The notes under the pieces: model-generated
Databases searched by the model: none
What the model was told of the DNA's origin: nothing
What the model saw: only the letters and a program-made list of their open reading frames with translations
Source of the DNA: Candidatus Oxydemutatoraceae bacterium
Lineage (GTDB): Bacteria > Pseudomonadota > Gammaproteobacteria > Poriferisulfidales > Oxydemutatoraceae
DNA length: 64,000 nt
Direction of reading: 5' to 3'
Assembly (NCBI GenBank): GCA_965220085.1
Contig: CBDCOZ010000003.1
Coordinates: forward strand, 928,001 to 992,000
Program-made: the position numbers and the translations under genes
Shown: one piece after another, positions 1 through 10,303 of the stretch
How the letters are laid out: every line of letters begins with the position of its first letter
How positions within the stretch are numbered: the stretch's first letter is position 1

Positions 1-1130
1 ATCTGATTTCCCAACAGGTTTATGACGCGATTGACAAAAGCGGCGCGCATATTGAAAAAGGCGAGTACGCCGAAGCCGAAAGGATATTGAACGGCGCGCA
101 CAAGCGCAAAGGTCAGGAGTTGAATGCATACGAAAAGGCCGTTATCTCTCAGCAACTCGCGGCGATAGACTTTGAACGCGAGGACTATCAATCGGCGCGA
201 CTGCGGTTTGAGAAGTTTTTGCGCGAGGACGGTTTGCCGCGGCCGTTTTTGTCGCAGTTGCGCTTCAATCTCGCTCAGACGTATATGTTGCTTGAGCGCG
301 ATGCCGATGCGGTTGCATTGTTGCGCCCGCTGTTTGAGGGCGATGCGCCGCCGCCGGCCGCTTTTTTTCTGGCTGCTGTCGCGTTGCGCAATATCGGCGA
401 TACCGAAGAGGCATTGCGGCGTGCCGAGCGCGGCTTGGCGTTGGTCGCCGTACCCGATGAAACGCACTATGCGACGGCGCTTTCGCTCTATCTCGCATTG
501 GAGGATTATCGGAATGCCGGGCAAATATTGGAACAGCTCCTCAGGAGATATCCCGACAAGGCGATGTATTGGCGGCAAGCGGCACAGGTGGCGATCCGTT
601 TGGATGATCGCGCGCGCGCGCTGACGCTCGGCGATATGGGCTATCACCGCGGGGCGTTGCGCGAGGAAGAAGATGTGCTGTATCTTGTCAAGTTATACCT
701 TGACCAGGGGGTGCCGCATAGGGCGGCGCGCCTTTTGAGCAAAGCGCTCGCTGACGGGGTCGTCGCAGAAACGGGCGATAACTGGTATTTGCTTTCGCTG
801 GCGTGGAGCGATGCGCGGGAATTTGATCGCGCGATTGAGCCGTTGCGCAAGGCCGCGGAATTGTCCGACCACGGCCGCTTTTATAGCCGCCTCGGCAGAC
901 TCTATATGGAGCAACGGCGGTGGGATGATGCCAGACAGATGTTCGCCTACGCGCTCGACAAAGGCGCGCTCAAGCAGGCGCACAAAACGCGCCTGCTGAA
1001 AGGCATCGCGTTAGTCGAATTGGGACGCATCGAGGAAGCCGAGCAAGAATTCACATACTGTCTTTCGCACCCGGACACCTACGAAGAGGCGGCCGGTTGG
1101 CTGACCTTCCTCGGCGCCGCTTCGCGCTGA
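1..1130 (+). CDS. Tetratricopeptide-repeat protein (5' end lies outside the window)
   Basis: Frame of ORF 87..1130 is open back to position 3; repeated TPR-like helical pairs (e.g. LAWSDAREFDRAIEPLRKAAEL, LGRLYMEQRRWDDARQMFAYAL); resembles TPR proteins that follow tonB/exbBD genes. Confidence 0.8.
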   Translation, partial: LISQQVYDAIDKSGAHIEKGEYAEAERILNGAHKRKGQELNAYEKAVISQQLAAIDFEREDYQSARLRFEKFLREDGLPRPFLSQLRFNLAQTYMLLERDADAVALLRPLFEGDAPPPAAFFLAAVALRNIGDTEEALRRAERGLALVAVPDETHYATALSLYLALEDYRNAGQILEQLLRRYPDKAMYWRQAAQVAIRLDDRARALTLGDMGYHRGALREEEDVLYLVKLYLDQGVPHRAARLLSKALADGVVAETGDNWYLLSLAWSDAREFDRAIEPLRKAAELSDHGRFYSRLGRLYMEQRRWDDARQMFAYALDKGALKQAHKTRLLKGIALVELGRIEEAEQEFTYCLSHPDTYEEAAGWLTFLGAASR

Positions 1131-1136
1131 CACCGG

Positions 1137-2720
1137 TCATAGGTCAAAGACGACGCGGAATCCGATCTGCGGCGAGCGCAATGACAAGGGTATGCGGTTC
1201 TCAAAATCAATCCGCGCCGCGTCTTTTCCGGGCAAGGCATAGTTTCCTCCTTTGACCAGCGCCACATAGTGATCGTCCGCCGCGATGATGCTGCGCGTCC
1301 ATTCGGACACATTGCCGCCCATGTCATAGATGCCGCTTTCGGTCTTGTCCTTTCTGTCGGGGTTTTGTTGCTGTGGCGCCGTGCGCTTGCTCTCGGCCGC
1401 GATGGCGTATCGTCGGCGCGGCTGATTGCCCCACGGGTAGACGCTTCTTGCGCTGTTGGAGCCGGCGATCATCCATTCCTCCGCCGAAGGCAGCCGCCCG
1501 CCGGCCCAATTTGCAAACGCCCACGCCGACCACCAACTGATGCCCGTAATCGGCAAGACATCGTTGGCATCGGGTGTGTCGCTCCAGTCGTCGGGCGCAT
1601 AGCGGTGGCTCTTCGGCTCTTTCTCGTTCGCATACAGACCGATTCGCACAAGCGGGTCGGCGAGAAAGTTTCTATACTGCGCGCGCGTGACCTCGTGGCG
1701 CAAGATGCGAAAGTCCGTTTTTTGTCGGGTTTGATTGAAGAGCGATTCGATCACCGCGACCTTTTGCCCGGAGAGGTTGGCCAGCAGCGCGGGTATGCGC
1801 GCGCCTTCGCGCAGCCCGATGCGGATCGTGTCGGTCGCAATCCGGCGGGTTTGCGGGGGCTTGTCCCCCCAGGGCAAGCGGTCGGGTCTGCGGTCGTAAA
1901 CACAGCGAAAACCGACATACGGGGAGCGGTATTTGCGCGGGGCGTAACGGTAGAAAGCGGCCAGACTGTATATCGCAAACGGGCGGTTATATGCGTTGCC
2001 CCCGTGCAGGCTGGGCCGGCTGTCATCGTTGTCGCCGTCGGCCCACTCGGAAACCGCATCGCCCATGTTATGGATTCCGCTCGGGGTATCGGCGGCGGCA
2101 TGCAGTCCGCATTTTTGCGCGGCGTTCAAACGGCTGTCGAGGTACGGCCAGGCATCGGATACGAATGTGTCTCCCCACGGGTAGAGTCGCTGTTGCTTGC
2201 CGGCGGCGATGGCTATCCATTCCGATTGCCGCGGCAGGCGCCCGCCGCTCGCTTTGCAATATGCGTAGGCGTCGTAGTAACTCACGCCGTTGGCCGGCGC
2301 TTGCAAGCGCCCGCTGACCTTGTGCTCGGCGCTGCTACTCCTGTATTTCCAGTCCGCCGGTTGTCCCGGCGCGGCGATGTCCGCTTGGGGATGGCGTTGT
2401 TGCCATTTGACAAATTTGTAGAAATCGCTTTGTCGCACTTCGCAGCGATCGACCCATGCGGTATTGAGGCGGTAATCAAACGGCGGTTTGTCGAGCAGGT
2501 GGTCAAAAGAGCGTATGTGCTTGAAGTGTCGGATGTTTTCCAGAAGAATCTCGTCAAGGGCGTTGCTCGCGTCGGCGATGTCTTCGGTGTCTGTGCGGAT
2601 CGTGACGGTGTCAAAATCATGCAACGCGGCGGACAGTTTGTAGATGCCAAGAGCGGTGCCGGTGACAACGATAACGACGAGGAAGGAGTTGACGAACTTT
2701 GTAAGGAAACGAAACCGCAT
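1137..2720 (-). CDS. Membrane-anchored protein with two FGE-sulfatase (SUMF1/EgtB/PvdO-type) domains
   Basis: N-terminal TM; two copies of the family signature (GGRLP..EW, YPWG, G(I)xxMGxxVSEW, GG, GFRxV). Confidence 0.85.
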   Translation of the reverse strand: MRFRFLTKFVNSFLVVIVVTGTALGIYKLSAALHDFDTVTIRTDTEDIADASNALDEILLENIRHFKHIRSFDHLLDKPPFDYRLNTAWVDRCEVRQSDFYKFVKWQQRHPQADIAAPGQPADWKYRSSSAEHKVSGRLQAPANGVSYYDAYAYCKASGGRLPRQSEWIAIAAGKQQRLYPWGDTFVSDAWPYLDSRLNAAQKCGLHAAADTPSGIHNMGDAVSEWADGDNDDSRPSLHGGNAYNRPFAIYSLAAFYRYAPRKYRSPYVGFRCVYDRRPDRLPWGDKPPQTRRIATDTIRIGLREGARIPALLANLSGQKVAVIESLFNQTRQKTDFRILRHEVTRAQYRNFLADPLVRIGLYANEKEPKSHRYAPDDWSDTPDANDVLPITGISWWSAWAFANWAGGRLPSAEEWMIAGSNSARSVYPWGNQPRRRYAIAAESKRTAPQQQNPDRKDKTESGIYDMGGNVSEWTRSIIAADDHYVALVKGGNYALPGKDAARIDFENRIPLSLRSPQIGFRVVFDL

Positions 2721-2724
2721 CGCG

Positions 2725-4464
2725 TTACGCTACGCGCCGGAAACGGCGCAGTATTCCGAATAACAGGATCAGCGCGACCGCTCCGAATACAAAAAACGAT
2801 TCCTTTTCTTTGCGGAACGGAATCGGCGGATGAAATGTGTATGTGTGGAGTTGGTTTATTTGCACGCCATTTTCATCGCTGGCGATGACAAACTCGCCGT
2901 CGTCGGCAAAATGCCCGTAGACAAACGACAGCACGTAATCGCCGCGTTTCGGGCTGCTCAAACTGGCCGCGCGCCAACGGTCTTCGGCGGGGGCGATGGT
3001 ATCCGGCGGAATCATCAATATGTGCGATTGGTTGATCGGCGCGGACAACCCTTTGTATATCGCCGGAAAGAGACCGAACCGCATCTGCGCATGCGCTTCT
3101 GCGGGCAGAAAATCCAGCCTGACTTGATCCGGTGTGCCGAGAAAAGAAGCCGTTTTCAGCGGCTTGTTCGCCGCCACCTTCAAGGCGTTGTTGGCGAAGT
3201 CGGGCGATATGTTTTGGTCGACTTCCAAAGCCTTGGGCTCGCCGGGCATCGCCAGCAGACCTTTGACCAGATCGGCAAAGAAAGTCAGCGCAACCGGGTC
3301 GGTCGGCGGCGGGGTGGTCAATGCCGGCACGACGATGTCACGCTGAAAGTGGAAGCGTTCCAAGACAGAATAGTCGCCCGCTTGCGCCGCTAAGTCCGCT
3401 CGCTCCATGAAATTGTACAGAGCGAACATCAAACTCAGATAGCTCACTTCGGGTTGGCGACCGGGGCGCCCTTGCATCTCCAGTATTTGTTGCAACTTTT
3501 CTTGCAACGACTTTTGCGCAGACGGCGTGGCGGCGCGAAATTGCACGATACTGGGCAAGCCGCCGCGCGCGGGTTCTCTTGCGAGGTCGCCGGACATCAT
3601 TTGAGCAAGCGTTTCAAACATCCGATCGCTGAGTCTTGATTCTTGGCTCTCGCTGTCCGTCCGCCGTTCGCTTTGCGCGCCCGGGCCGAAGGCTTCTTGA
3701 TCCTGCGATTGCGACAGTTCGGTATCGTAGGCGAGATCGTCAAAAGGATATTGTTCGTTGGCATCGGACACATCTAGTTCGACCTCGCCGGGGAAGGACT
3801 CCCACATGCGCTCGGCGCTCTCGTTGCCGCCGTCGCGATCGCTCTGACTTTCTCCCGGCAGGCGGGTCTCGTCTTCTTCTTCGGGTTTCTCCTTGTTTTC
3901 CGCGCCTTGGGCGAGTTGTTCGGGGCTGTCGTCGTCGCCGCCTTTCCGCTCGTCCAGAAAATGCCAGTGCGAGGGCAGTCGCCCGTACTTGCGGATGATC
4001 GACATCGTGACATAGAACAACTGTATGTCATAGACATCTATGCGTATGCGGCGATGCTGTTGCGGCGACAAGGTTCGCAGGAAGCGGTCAAAGGCATTTT
4101 CTTGAAGCAACAGCGTGTCGCGCCCAAAGCGTTTGCCGGTGTGGTAATCGCGTATAAACCCTTTGTGCAACTCAATGATGGGCATGATATCCGGGCGCGG
4201 GTTGCGGTCGAGCGGGGAGTTTTCATAGTCGTGCAGACGCGCCAGAGCCGACGTCGGCAGGCTGTTCATAACGACCGAGGTCGCTATGTCACGGCTCAAT
4301 AAAACCGAGACCTCTTCGTATTCGGTCAGTTGTTCCTGTTCCTTCTGGTGCTTGATAGAGATGGTGATGACGATCAGGATGATGATCATCGCCACGCTGT
4401 TGGCAAGGATGTCCGCCAGCCCTATGCCGGCGAATTCGGGCAAAAAAGACGGTTTCTTTTTCAT
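2725..4464 (-). CDS. Hypothetical membrane protein with N-terminal Asp-containing TM (ExbD/MotB-like anchor), acidic linker and C-terminal TM
   Basis: 579-aa ORF; GLADILANSVAMIIILIVI TM; C-terminal hydrophobic segment followed by RRFRR; 4-bp overlap with upstream gene. Confidence 0.65.
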   Translation of the reverse strand: MKKKPSFLPEFAGIGLADILANSVAMIIILIVITISIKHQKEQEQLTEYEEVSVLLSRDIATSVVMNSLPTSALARLHDYENSPLDRNPRPDIMPIIELHKGFIRDYHTGKRFGRDTLLLQENAFDRFLRTLSPQQHRRIRIDVYDIQLFYVTMSIIRKYGRLPSHWHFLDERKGGDDDSPEQLAQGAENKEKPEEEDETRLPGESQSDRDGGNESAERMWESFPGEVELDVSDANEQYPFDDLAYDTELSQSQDQEAFGPGAQSERRTDSESQESRLSDRMFETLAQMMSGDLAREPARGGLPSIVQFRAATPSAQKSLQEKLQQILEMQGRPGRQPEVSYLSLMFALYNFMERADLAAQAGDYSVLERFHFQRDIVVPALTTPPPTDPVALTFFADLVKGLLAMPGEPKALEVDQNISPDFANNALKVAANKPLKTASFLGTPDQVRLDFLPAEAHAQMRFGLFPAIYKGLSAPINQSHILMIPPDTIAPAEDRWRAASLSSPKRGDYVLSFVYGHFADDGEFVIASDENGVQINQLHTYTFHPPIPFRKEKESFFVFGAVALILLFGILRRFRRVA

Positions 4465-4985
4465 CGCCCCCCGGCGCGATCTTTAATCACATCGCTGATG
4501 TACGGCGGTATGTCGTTGAGGCTTACCGATTTCAACAACTCGCGTTCGGCGATGATCCAGCCGATCGCTATCCGTCGGTTCGGCAGCGCACGTCGGATGC
4601 AGTTGCGCGCTTTTGCCATGACCGGAACGCTTTCTTCGGTGATGGTGAAGATCATCTGTTGCTTGGGTTGGCTGTAAATCTTTTTTGCATAAGCGACAAA
4701 GGGATCGTTGGGTTTGCAGATATCGTCATATTTGACTGTCTCGTTCGTTTCAACGATACGCAGTTCGGACGGAAACGTGATGATCGCATAGCCGCTGCCG
4801 CGCGCGCCCCAGCTGACTTTGTAATCGCCGCCGTCGTTGATTTCTTCAAGCCGCTCCCGGATGGACGCTTGTGAGAAGAGGTTGATTAATAAGAATAGCA
4901 CAAGCAAGAGGGCGAATACGCCGCCGAAGATCTCAATCATCGGCGCGTTGTTGCGTTCGCTATCGCGCAGACTATCGTGACGCAT
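4461..4985 (-). CDS. Small single-pass membrane protein (ExbD/TolR-like position and topology)
   Basis: 174 aa; PMIEIFGGVFALLLVLFLLI resembles the ExbD PxIDVxxxLLIFF TM motif with Glu; overlaps both neighbours. Confidence 0.55.
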   Translation of the reverse strand: MRHDSLRDSERNNAPMIEIFGGVFALLLVLFLLINLFSQASIRERLEEINDGGDYKVSWGARGSGYAIITFPSELRIVETNETVKYDDICKPNDPFVAYAKKIYSQPKQQMIFTITEESVPVMAKARNCIRRALPNRRIAIGWIIAERELLKSVSLNDIPPYISDVIKDRAGGR

Positions 4986-6021
4986 TAAAGTTCGGTTTGT
5001 TCGGATGGAGAATGTGATTTTCGCAGGCAGTCAGAATATCATTCTCCCATCTTTGTAATATCGTTTGTATCAGGGTGAGGATGATGCTGAGCGACAATGC
5101 GATCAGCGTCGTATCAAACGCGATGCCAAGCGGCGATATGGCGCCGCTCAGTTCGTCCGATAACTGCGTCAGTCCGTGCTGGCTGCCGATAATCTTTTGA
5201 ATCCCGTCGGCGGCGAGCGATATCCCGTACACGGTGCCGATAAAACCGAGAATCGGTATCGCCCAGTTGAGGTAGCGCGGCAGGATGTAGAAATCGGCCG
5301 ATTTTTTCCATATCAAATCTATGTAAATATCCGGCGTCCCGGCGCGTTCCTCCACGATGGCTTCGTGGTATGCCCGCAGCAGCAAGGAGCGCTTTTCTTG
5401 TGCCAGCGACATCTTTTCGCGCAACAGGATATAGCTCTTGCTGGCCAGAATCACCAGCCCCCAGCAGAATAGCGCCACCGTCAGCGGCGGTATGATGCCG
5501 CGCTCAAGAAACTTTTCGGTGAAGAAGGCCCAATCCGGATAGCGCGCGTCGAGGTTGTGTATTGCGATCATGATATAGGTCGCAACAATGACCGCGACCG
5601 CCAGTGTCAATAGCAACGGCGGTCCAAAGAGCACTGATTCGACCCGATGCATGAGACTTTGACCGCTGTTGTTTGATGCGATGCGATTGAGCAGAATGTA
5701 GAACATATACAATGCGACCGTTGTGACCAGCAACGGCAACAGGCTCTCGACAGAAAACGATTTTCCGTCTAACAGCGGCGCCGAGATTTGATAGGCGACG
5801 ATAAAACTGATGACGATGATCACTATCAGGATGGTCGCTTCAAACAAGCGGGGCGTGAATAACTGTTTGTTCAATGCGCTTGCCAACATCGGCAATGCGG
5901 CAACCGCGGCGCCGAATAGCAGGCCGGATAGGATGCTGTGGTCAATCGCGTGGAAGAGGCTGGCAAATAGGGTCGGCAATAGCGCCGCCCACAGAGTAAG
6001 TATAATCATTTTGTGCAACAT
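4972..6021 (-). CDS. MotA/TolQ/ExbB proton channel family protein with extra N-terminal TM helices
   Basis: WAIPILGFIGTVYGI and LGIAFDTTLIAL motifs typical of the family. Confidence 0.85.
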   Translation of the reverse strand: MLHKMIILTLWAALLPTLFASLFHAIDHSILSGLLFGAAVAALPMLASALNKQLFTPRLFEATILIVIIVISFIVAYQISAPLLDGKSFSVESLLPLLVTTVALYMFYILLNRIASNNSGQSLMHRVESVLFGPPLLLTLAVAVIVATYIMIAIHNLDARYPDWAFFTEKFLERGIIPPLTVALFCWGLVILASKSYILLREKMSLAQEKRSLLLRAYHEAIVEERAGTPDIYIDLIWKKSADFYILPRYLNWAIPILGFIGTVYGISLAADGIQKIIGSQHGLTQLSDELSGAISPLGIAFDTTLIALSLSIILTLIQTILQRWENDILTACENHILHPNKPNFNASR

Positions 6022-6102
6022 AGTTCGGTTATTTGTATTTTGCGTATGAAGGATTCTTATTATACTTCACAATGTTGCGGCGCAGCGCGGCGGCTATTGT
6101 GA

Positions 6103-6738
6103 ATGGCCTTCGTCCGAGTGTTGCCGGAGTTTGTGGGAAACCTAATCGGAGGTTGCGGCGTCTTGAGGCGATCGGTTATGAGTGAAAATTCCGTTCATTT
6201 TGTCAATGGCGAATCCCTGTATCCGCCGTTCCCGCAGGATACCGAACAGGCGGTATTCGGTCTCGGTTGCTTCTGGGGCGCCGAACGCTGTTTTTGGACT
6301 TTGCCGGATGTGCATGTGACCGCCGTCGGTTATGCCGGCGGTCAGGCAGCGAACCCTTCTTATCATCTGGTTTGCGGCGGTACGACCGGGCATGTCGAAG
6401 CAGTCCTGGTTATCTACCGCGGCGGCGATGATGCCTATCGCCGATTGCTCTCTCATTTTTGGCAGGCGCATGACCCGACACAAGGCATGCGCTCGGGCAA
6501 TGATATCGGCGAGCAGTACCGCTCGGTCATTTTTTGTGCGAATCGCGCGCAATATCGGCTCGCTGTCGGCTCGCGCGACGGATACCAGAAGCGGCTGGAT
6601 GCGAGCGGCTACGCAAAGATTACCACCGAGGTTGCGATGCTGCCGGAATTTTATTACGCCGAAGACTATCACCAGCAATATCTGGCAAAAAATCCGCGCG
6701 GGTATTGCGGAATCAAGGGCTTGGGTGTTCCCGCATAG
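6103..6738 (+). CDS. msrA: Peptide-methionine (S)-S-oxide reductase (start may be 6178)
   Basis: GCFWGAE active-site motif; FYYAEDYHQQYL. Confidence 0.95.
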   Translation: MAFVRVLPEFVGNLIGGCGVLRRSVMSENSVHFVNGESLYPPFPQDTEQAVFGLGCFWGAERCFWTLPDVHVTAVGYAGGQAANPSYHLVCGGTTGHVEAVLVIYRGGDDAYRRLLSHFWQAHDPTQGMRSGNDIGEQYRSVIFCANRAQYRLAVGSRDGYQKRLDASGYAKITTEVAMLPEFYYAEDYHQQYLAKNPRGYCGIKGLGVPA

Positions 6739-6755
6739 CGGCGGGGCGCGAAGAT

Positions 6756-7742
6756 TCAGAGCCCGGCACGGAGCAGATCGTGCATATTGAGCGCGCCGAC
6801 GAGCGCGCCTTGATCATCGAGCACAGGCATGGAGTTAATTGCGTTAACCCGCATCATTTCAAGCGCGTCATAGGCCAGCACATCGCGCTTTGTCGAACGG
6901 AACTCGCGTGTCATCAATCCGTCGATCGTTGTCGTTTTGAGGTCTTTGACCGCCGCAAAAGAACGGCGCAAATCGCCGTCGGTGAAGATGCCGACCAGGG
7001 CGCCGCGTTGATCCGCAACCAATGTCATGCCGAGCCCTTTGCGCGACATTTCATACAAGGCATCGGATAACGCGGCGCCCGCCGCGACTTTTGGCATGGC
7101 ATCGCCGGTTCTCATCAAATCGGCGACCGTCACGGTCAAGCGTCTGCCGAGGCGGCCGCCGGGGTGCGCTTTGGCAAAGTCCTTTGACGTGAATCCTTTC
7201 TCGCTTTGCAACACGACCGCGAGCGCATCGCCCATGGCGAGGGCCGCGGTGGTGCTGGCCGTCGGCGCGAGCCCGAGCGGGCAGGCTTCTTTTTTGACGC
7301 TCGTATTGATCACCGCATCGGCACTTTTGCCGAGTGTCGAATCCGGCGTTCCGGTCAGCGCGATGAGCGGGATGCTCAGCCGCTTGAGTGCGGGCAACAG
7401 GGCGTTGATCTCATCGGTCTCGCCGGAATACGACACGATGATCGCGACATCGTCGCCTCCGATCATACCGAGGTCGCCGTGACCGGCTTCGGCGGGGTGG
7501 ATGTAGAATGCCGCATTGCCGGTGCTTGCCAATGTCGAACTGATCTTCTTTGCAATATGTCCGGATTTGCCCATGCCGATCAACACGATGCGCCCGCGGC
7601 ATCCCTCCAGCAACTCGCAGGCATGCAGAAAGTTCTCGTCTATCTGCTCGCATAAGCCGCTCACCGCGGTCGCTTCGGCAGCGATGACTGTCAGCGCAAT
7701 GTCTTTAATCTGTTCGGGTTTTAATCGCATCTTGCTTGTCAT
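6756..7742 (-). CDS. kdsD: Arabinose-5-phosphate isomerase (KpsF/GutQ, SIS plus CBS domains)
   Basis: GMGKSGHIA, HPAEAGHGDLG, HPGGRLG, C-terminal CBS pair. Confidence 0.93.
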   Translation of the reverse strand: MTSKMRLKPEQIKDIALTVIAAEATAVSGLCEQIDENFLHACELLEGCRGRIVLIGMGKSGHIAKKISSTLASTGNAAFYIHPAEAGHGDLGMIGGDDVAIIVSYSGETDEINALLPALKRLSIPLIALTGTPDSTLGKSADAVINTSVKKEACPLGLAPTASTTAALAMGDALAVVLQSEKGFTSKDFAKAHPGGRLGRRLTVTVADLMRTGDAMPKVAAGAALSDALYEMSRKGLGMTLVADQRGALVGIFTDGDLRRSFAAVKDLKTTTIDGLMTREFRSTKRDVLAYDALEMMRVNAINSMPVLDDQGALVGALNMHDLLRAGL

Positions 7743-7757
7743 GCGCGGGTACGGTTT

Positions 7758-8900
7758 CTATGCCAGGACGAGTTCGCTATAGTACAACCAGTATATGTAA
7801 CCGGCAAAGCACGCGAGCAATATGCCGCCGTTTTTGGCGGACAACCGCCCGCTCGGTTTCATCAATATCATCAATAACAATAAAAGGGTCAGCCCGGCTC
7901 CCATGGCAAAGTCGCGCGTCATGATGTCGGAATCGATCGCCAGCGGATGTGCCAGCGCGGCCGCGCCGATGACGCCGAGCGCGTTAAAGATATTGGAACT
8001 CAGTATATTGCCGACCGCGATATCGTGGCGCTTCTTCCATAAGCTGGCGATCACGGTGGCAAGCTCCGGCAGGCTGGTGCCGAGGGCGATCACCGACAAG
8101 CCGATAATAATTTCGTCGATACCCAAGGCGCGGGAAATGGAGACCGCCGATGTGACGACCATATTGGATGCGATTATCAGAAGCGCCAGCCCCGAGAGCA
8201 TGACAAGCCAAAGCAGCGCATGACTTTGCTTGGGCGTTGCCGCAGCCGCAGGGTACGCGGGCGGTCGGAGTTCAAAATAGAGCAACGCGCCGACACATGG
8301 CAAAAAGATGATAGCGCGGGTCATTTCGGTCAGCGGGAAGAGATAGGCGTGCGCTCCTGCGACTAATGCCAGCACAAAGGCGATGCCGATAGTCCGCCAA
8401 ATCTCCCGACCGGTCATCGGACTCGCGGACTCCTCCGGTATCTCTTGCGGCGCGCTGCGCGCCATCTGCCACAGAATCGGAATCAGGCAGGCGATGAGAA
8501 TCATGCCGTCGACTCGGTCCAGTCGCGAGCCCAGCGCCATCAGCGTACCGAGCAGCACGGTGGCGATACCGAGCAGCGAGAAATTGATGGCGATGGTTTT
8601 TTTGGCCAGCGCAATGGTTGTCATGATCGCCCCGATTCCCAATACGAGCCCGATATTCGCGATGTTTGATCCGAGCGCGTTGCCGATGCCGAGTCGCGGG
8701 TTGCCCGCTATCGCCGCGATGACAGACACGACAAATTCCGGCGCCGATGTCGCAAACCCCATGATCACCCCGACGGTAAAAGCGGGAATCCGCAATTTGT
8801 TGGCGAGCGTCACCATGTTCCGCACCATGATGTCGGCGGATAACCAGAGCAATGCTATGCCGCCGATCAAGACCGGATAATTAAGCATGTGACCGAGCAT
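7758..8900 (-). CDS. Calcium/sodium antiporter (YrbG family)
   Basis: Two alpha-repeats (ATSAPEF...GSNIANI; GTSLPEL...SSNIFN); adjacent to kdsD as in other proteobacteria; start chosen at MLGH. Confidence 0.88.
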   Translation of the reverse strand: MLGHMLNYPVLIGGIALLWLSADIMVRNMVTLANKLRIPAFTVGVIMGFATSAPEFVVSVIAAIAGNPRLGIGNALGSNIANIGLVLGIGAIMTTIALAKKTIAINFSLLGIATVLLGTLMALGSRLDRVDGMILIACLIPILWQMARSAPQEIPEESASPMTGREIWRTIGIAFVLALVAGAHAYLFPLTEMTRAIIFLPCVGALLYFELRPPAYPAAAATPKQSHALLWLVMLSGLALLIIASNMVVTSAVSISRALGIDEIIIGLSVIALGTSLPELATVIASLWKKRHDIAVGNILSSNIFNALGVIGAAALAHPLAIDSDIMTRDFAMGAGLTLLLLLMILMKPSGRLSAKNGGILLACFAGYIYWLYYSELVLA

Positions 8901-9025
8901 CTGTTGCGGTTGCGCGCGACATTTGTCGCAAGTATTTTTGTAACGGGGTTTCCAAATCAACAATCGATTGTAATTCTGATATGATAATTGTATCTTAGGA
9001 TGGTTGATAAGCCGCAAATAGATTC

Positions 9026-10303
9026 ATGCTTGATCCCAAATATATTCGCGCCGACGCGACCGAGGTTTTTGCGCAGCTCGCGCGGCGCGGAGCGGAGTTC
9101 TCCTTGGCGGACTATCGGCAACTGGAAAATCAGCGCAAGGTTTTGCAGACAGAGGCCGAGGATTTGCGCGCACAGAGCAAGGCGCGCTCGCAAGAGATAG
9201 GCCGGCTCAAAGCGGCAGGCAAAGACGCCAAGGCGCCGCTGGCCGAAGTCGAGCGGATCAAGCGGCGGTTGCGCGACAAAGAGGAGCGGTTTGCGGCGGT
9301 CAAAGCGCGGCTGGACGAATTCCTGTTGACGCTGCCGAACATGCCGGATGTGTCGGCGCCCGACGGCAAAGATGAGAACGACAATCGCGAAGTCGGCAGG
9401 CACGGCGCGCCGCCGCAGTTTGATTTTGAACCGCAAGACCATATCGCGCTCGGTGAGAAGTTAGGTCTGTTTGATATGCCGGCGGCCGGCAAGGTCGCCG
9501 GTTCGCGTTTTGCGGTGGCCTACGACGGCTTCGCCCGTCTGCACCGCGCGCTGGGGCAGTTTATGCTCGATGTGCACACGTCGCGCCACGGTTACAGAGA
9601 AGCGTATCTCCCTTATATCGTCAATGCCGGCGCTTTGCTCGGCAGCGGCCAACTGCCGAAGTTTGAGGAGGACTTGTTTCGTCTGGCCGACACCCAATTC
9701 TATTTGATTCCGACCGCCGAAGTGCCGCTTGTGAATCTGTATCGCGATGCGATCATCGATGCCGCTTCCCTGCCTGTCAAATTGGCGGCGCATACGCCCT
9801 GTTTCCGTTCCGAAGCCGGCGCCTACGGCAAGGACACGCACGGTTTGATTCGCCAGCATCAGTTTGACAAAGTGGAGTTGGTGCAGCTGACAGCCGCCGA
9901 TGACTCTTGCCGCGCGCTGGAGGAAATCACATCTCACGCGCAAGTTATTTTGCAAGAGCTCAATCTGGCATATCGCACGGTGGAACTGTGTGCGGGCGAT
10001 CTGGGTTTTGCGGCGGCCAAAACGTATGACCTTGAGGTGTGGCTGCCGGGTCAGGGATGCTATCGCGAAATTTCTTCATGCAGCAATACGCTGGACTTTC
10101 AGGCGCGGCGCTTGCAGATCAGAACGCGGGCGAAGGCGGGAGAAAAACCGCGGCTGGTACATACTCTGAACGGTTCGGGGCTTGCGGTCGGGCGCGCGCT
10201 TATTGCGGTGCTGGAGAATTATCAGACTGCGAGCGGGGCGATCACGGTGCCCGAGGTGTTGCGGCCGTATATGAACGGTTGCGACGTGATCGGCGAAGCC
10301 TAA
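9026..10303 (+). CDS. serS: Serine--tRNA ligase
   Basis: MLDPKYIR start, LIPTAEVP, FRSEAG, EISSCSN, HTLNGSGLAVGR. Confidence 0.97.
   Translation: MLDPKYIRADATEVFAQLARRGAEFSLADYRQLENQRKVLQTEAEDLRAQSKARSQEIGRLKAAGKDAKAPLAEVERIKRRLRDKEERFAAVKARLDEFLLTLPNMPDVSAPDGKDENDNREVGRHGAPPQFDFEPQDHIALGEKLGLFDMPAAGKVAGSRFAVAYDGFARLHRALGQFMLDVHTSRHGYREAYLPYIVNAGALLGSGQLPKFEEDLFRLADTQFYLIPTAEVPLVNLYRDAIIDAASLPVKLAAHTPCFRSEAGAYGKDTHGLIRQHQFDKVELVQLTAADDSCRALEEITSHAQVILQELNLAYRTVELCAGDLGFAAAKTYDLEVWLPGQGCYREISSCSNTLDFQARRLQIRTRAKAGEKPRLVHTLNGSGLAVGRALIAVLENYQTASGAITVPEVLRPYMNGCDVIGEA

Noticed and set aside
1269-2888. 539-aa plus-strand ORF and other long antisense ORFs (e.g. 60915-62453, 23532-24656, 21645-22700, 34504-35571)
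   Set aside because: Shadow frames opposite well-supported genes in GC-rich DNA, with no recognisable motifs.
1137-6021. Zorya defence system
   Set aside because: No OmpA-like ZorB domain, no long ZorA tail and no ZorC/D/E genes; composition matches the core genome.
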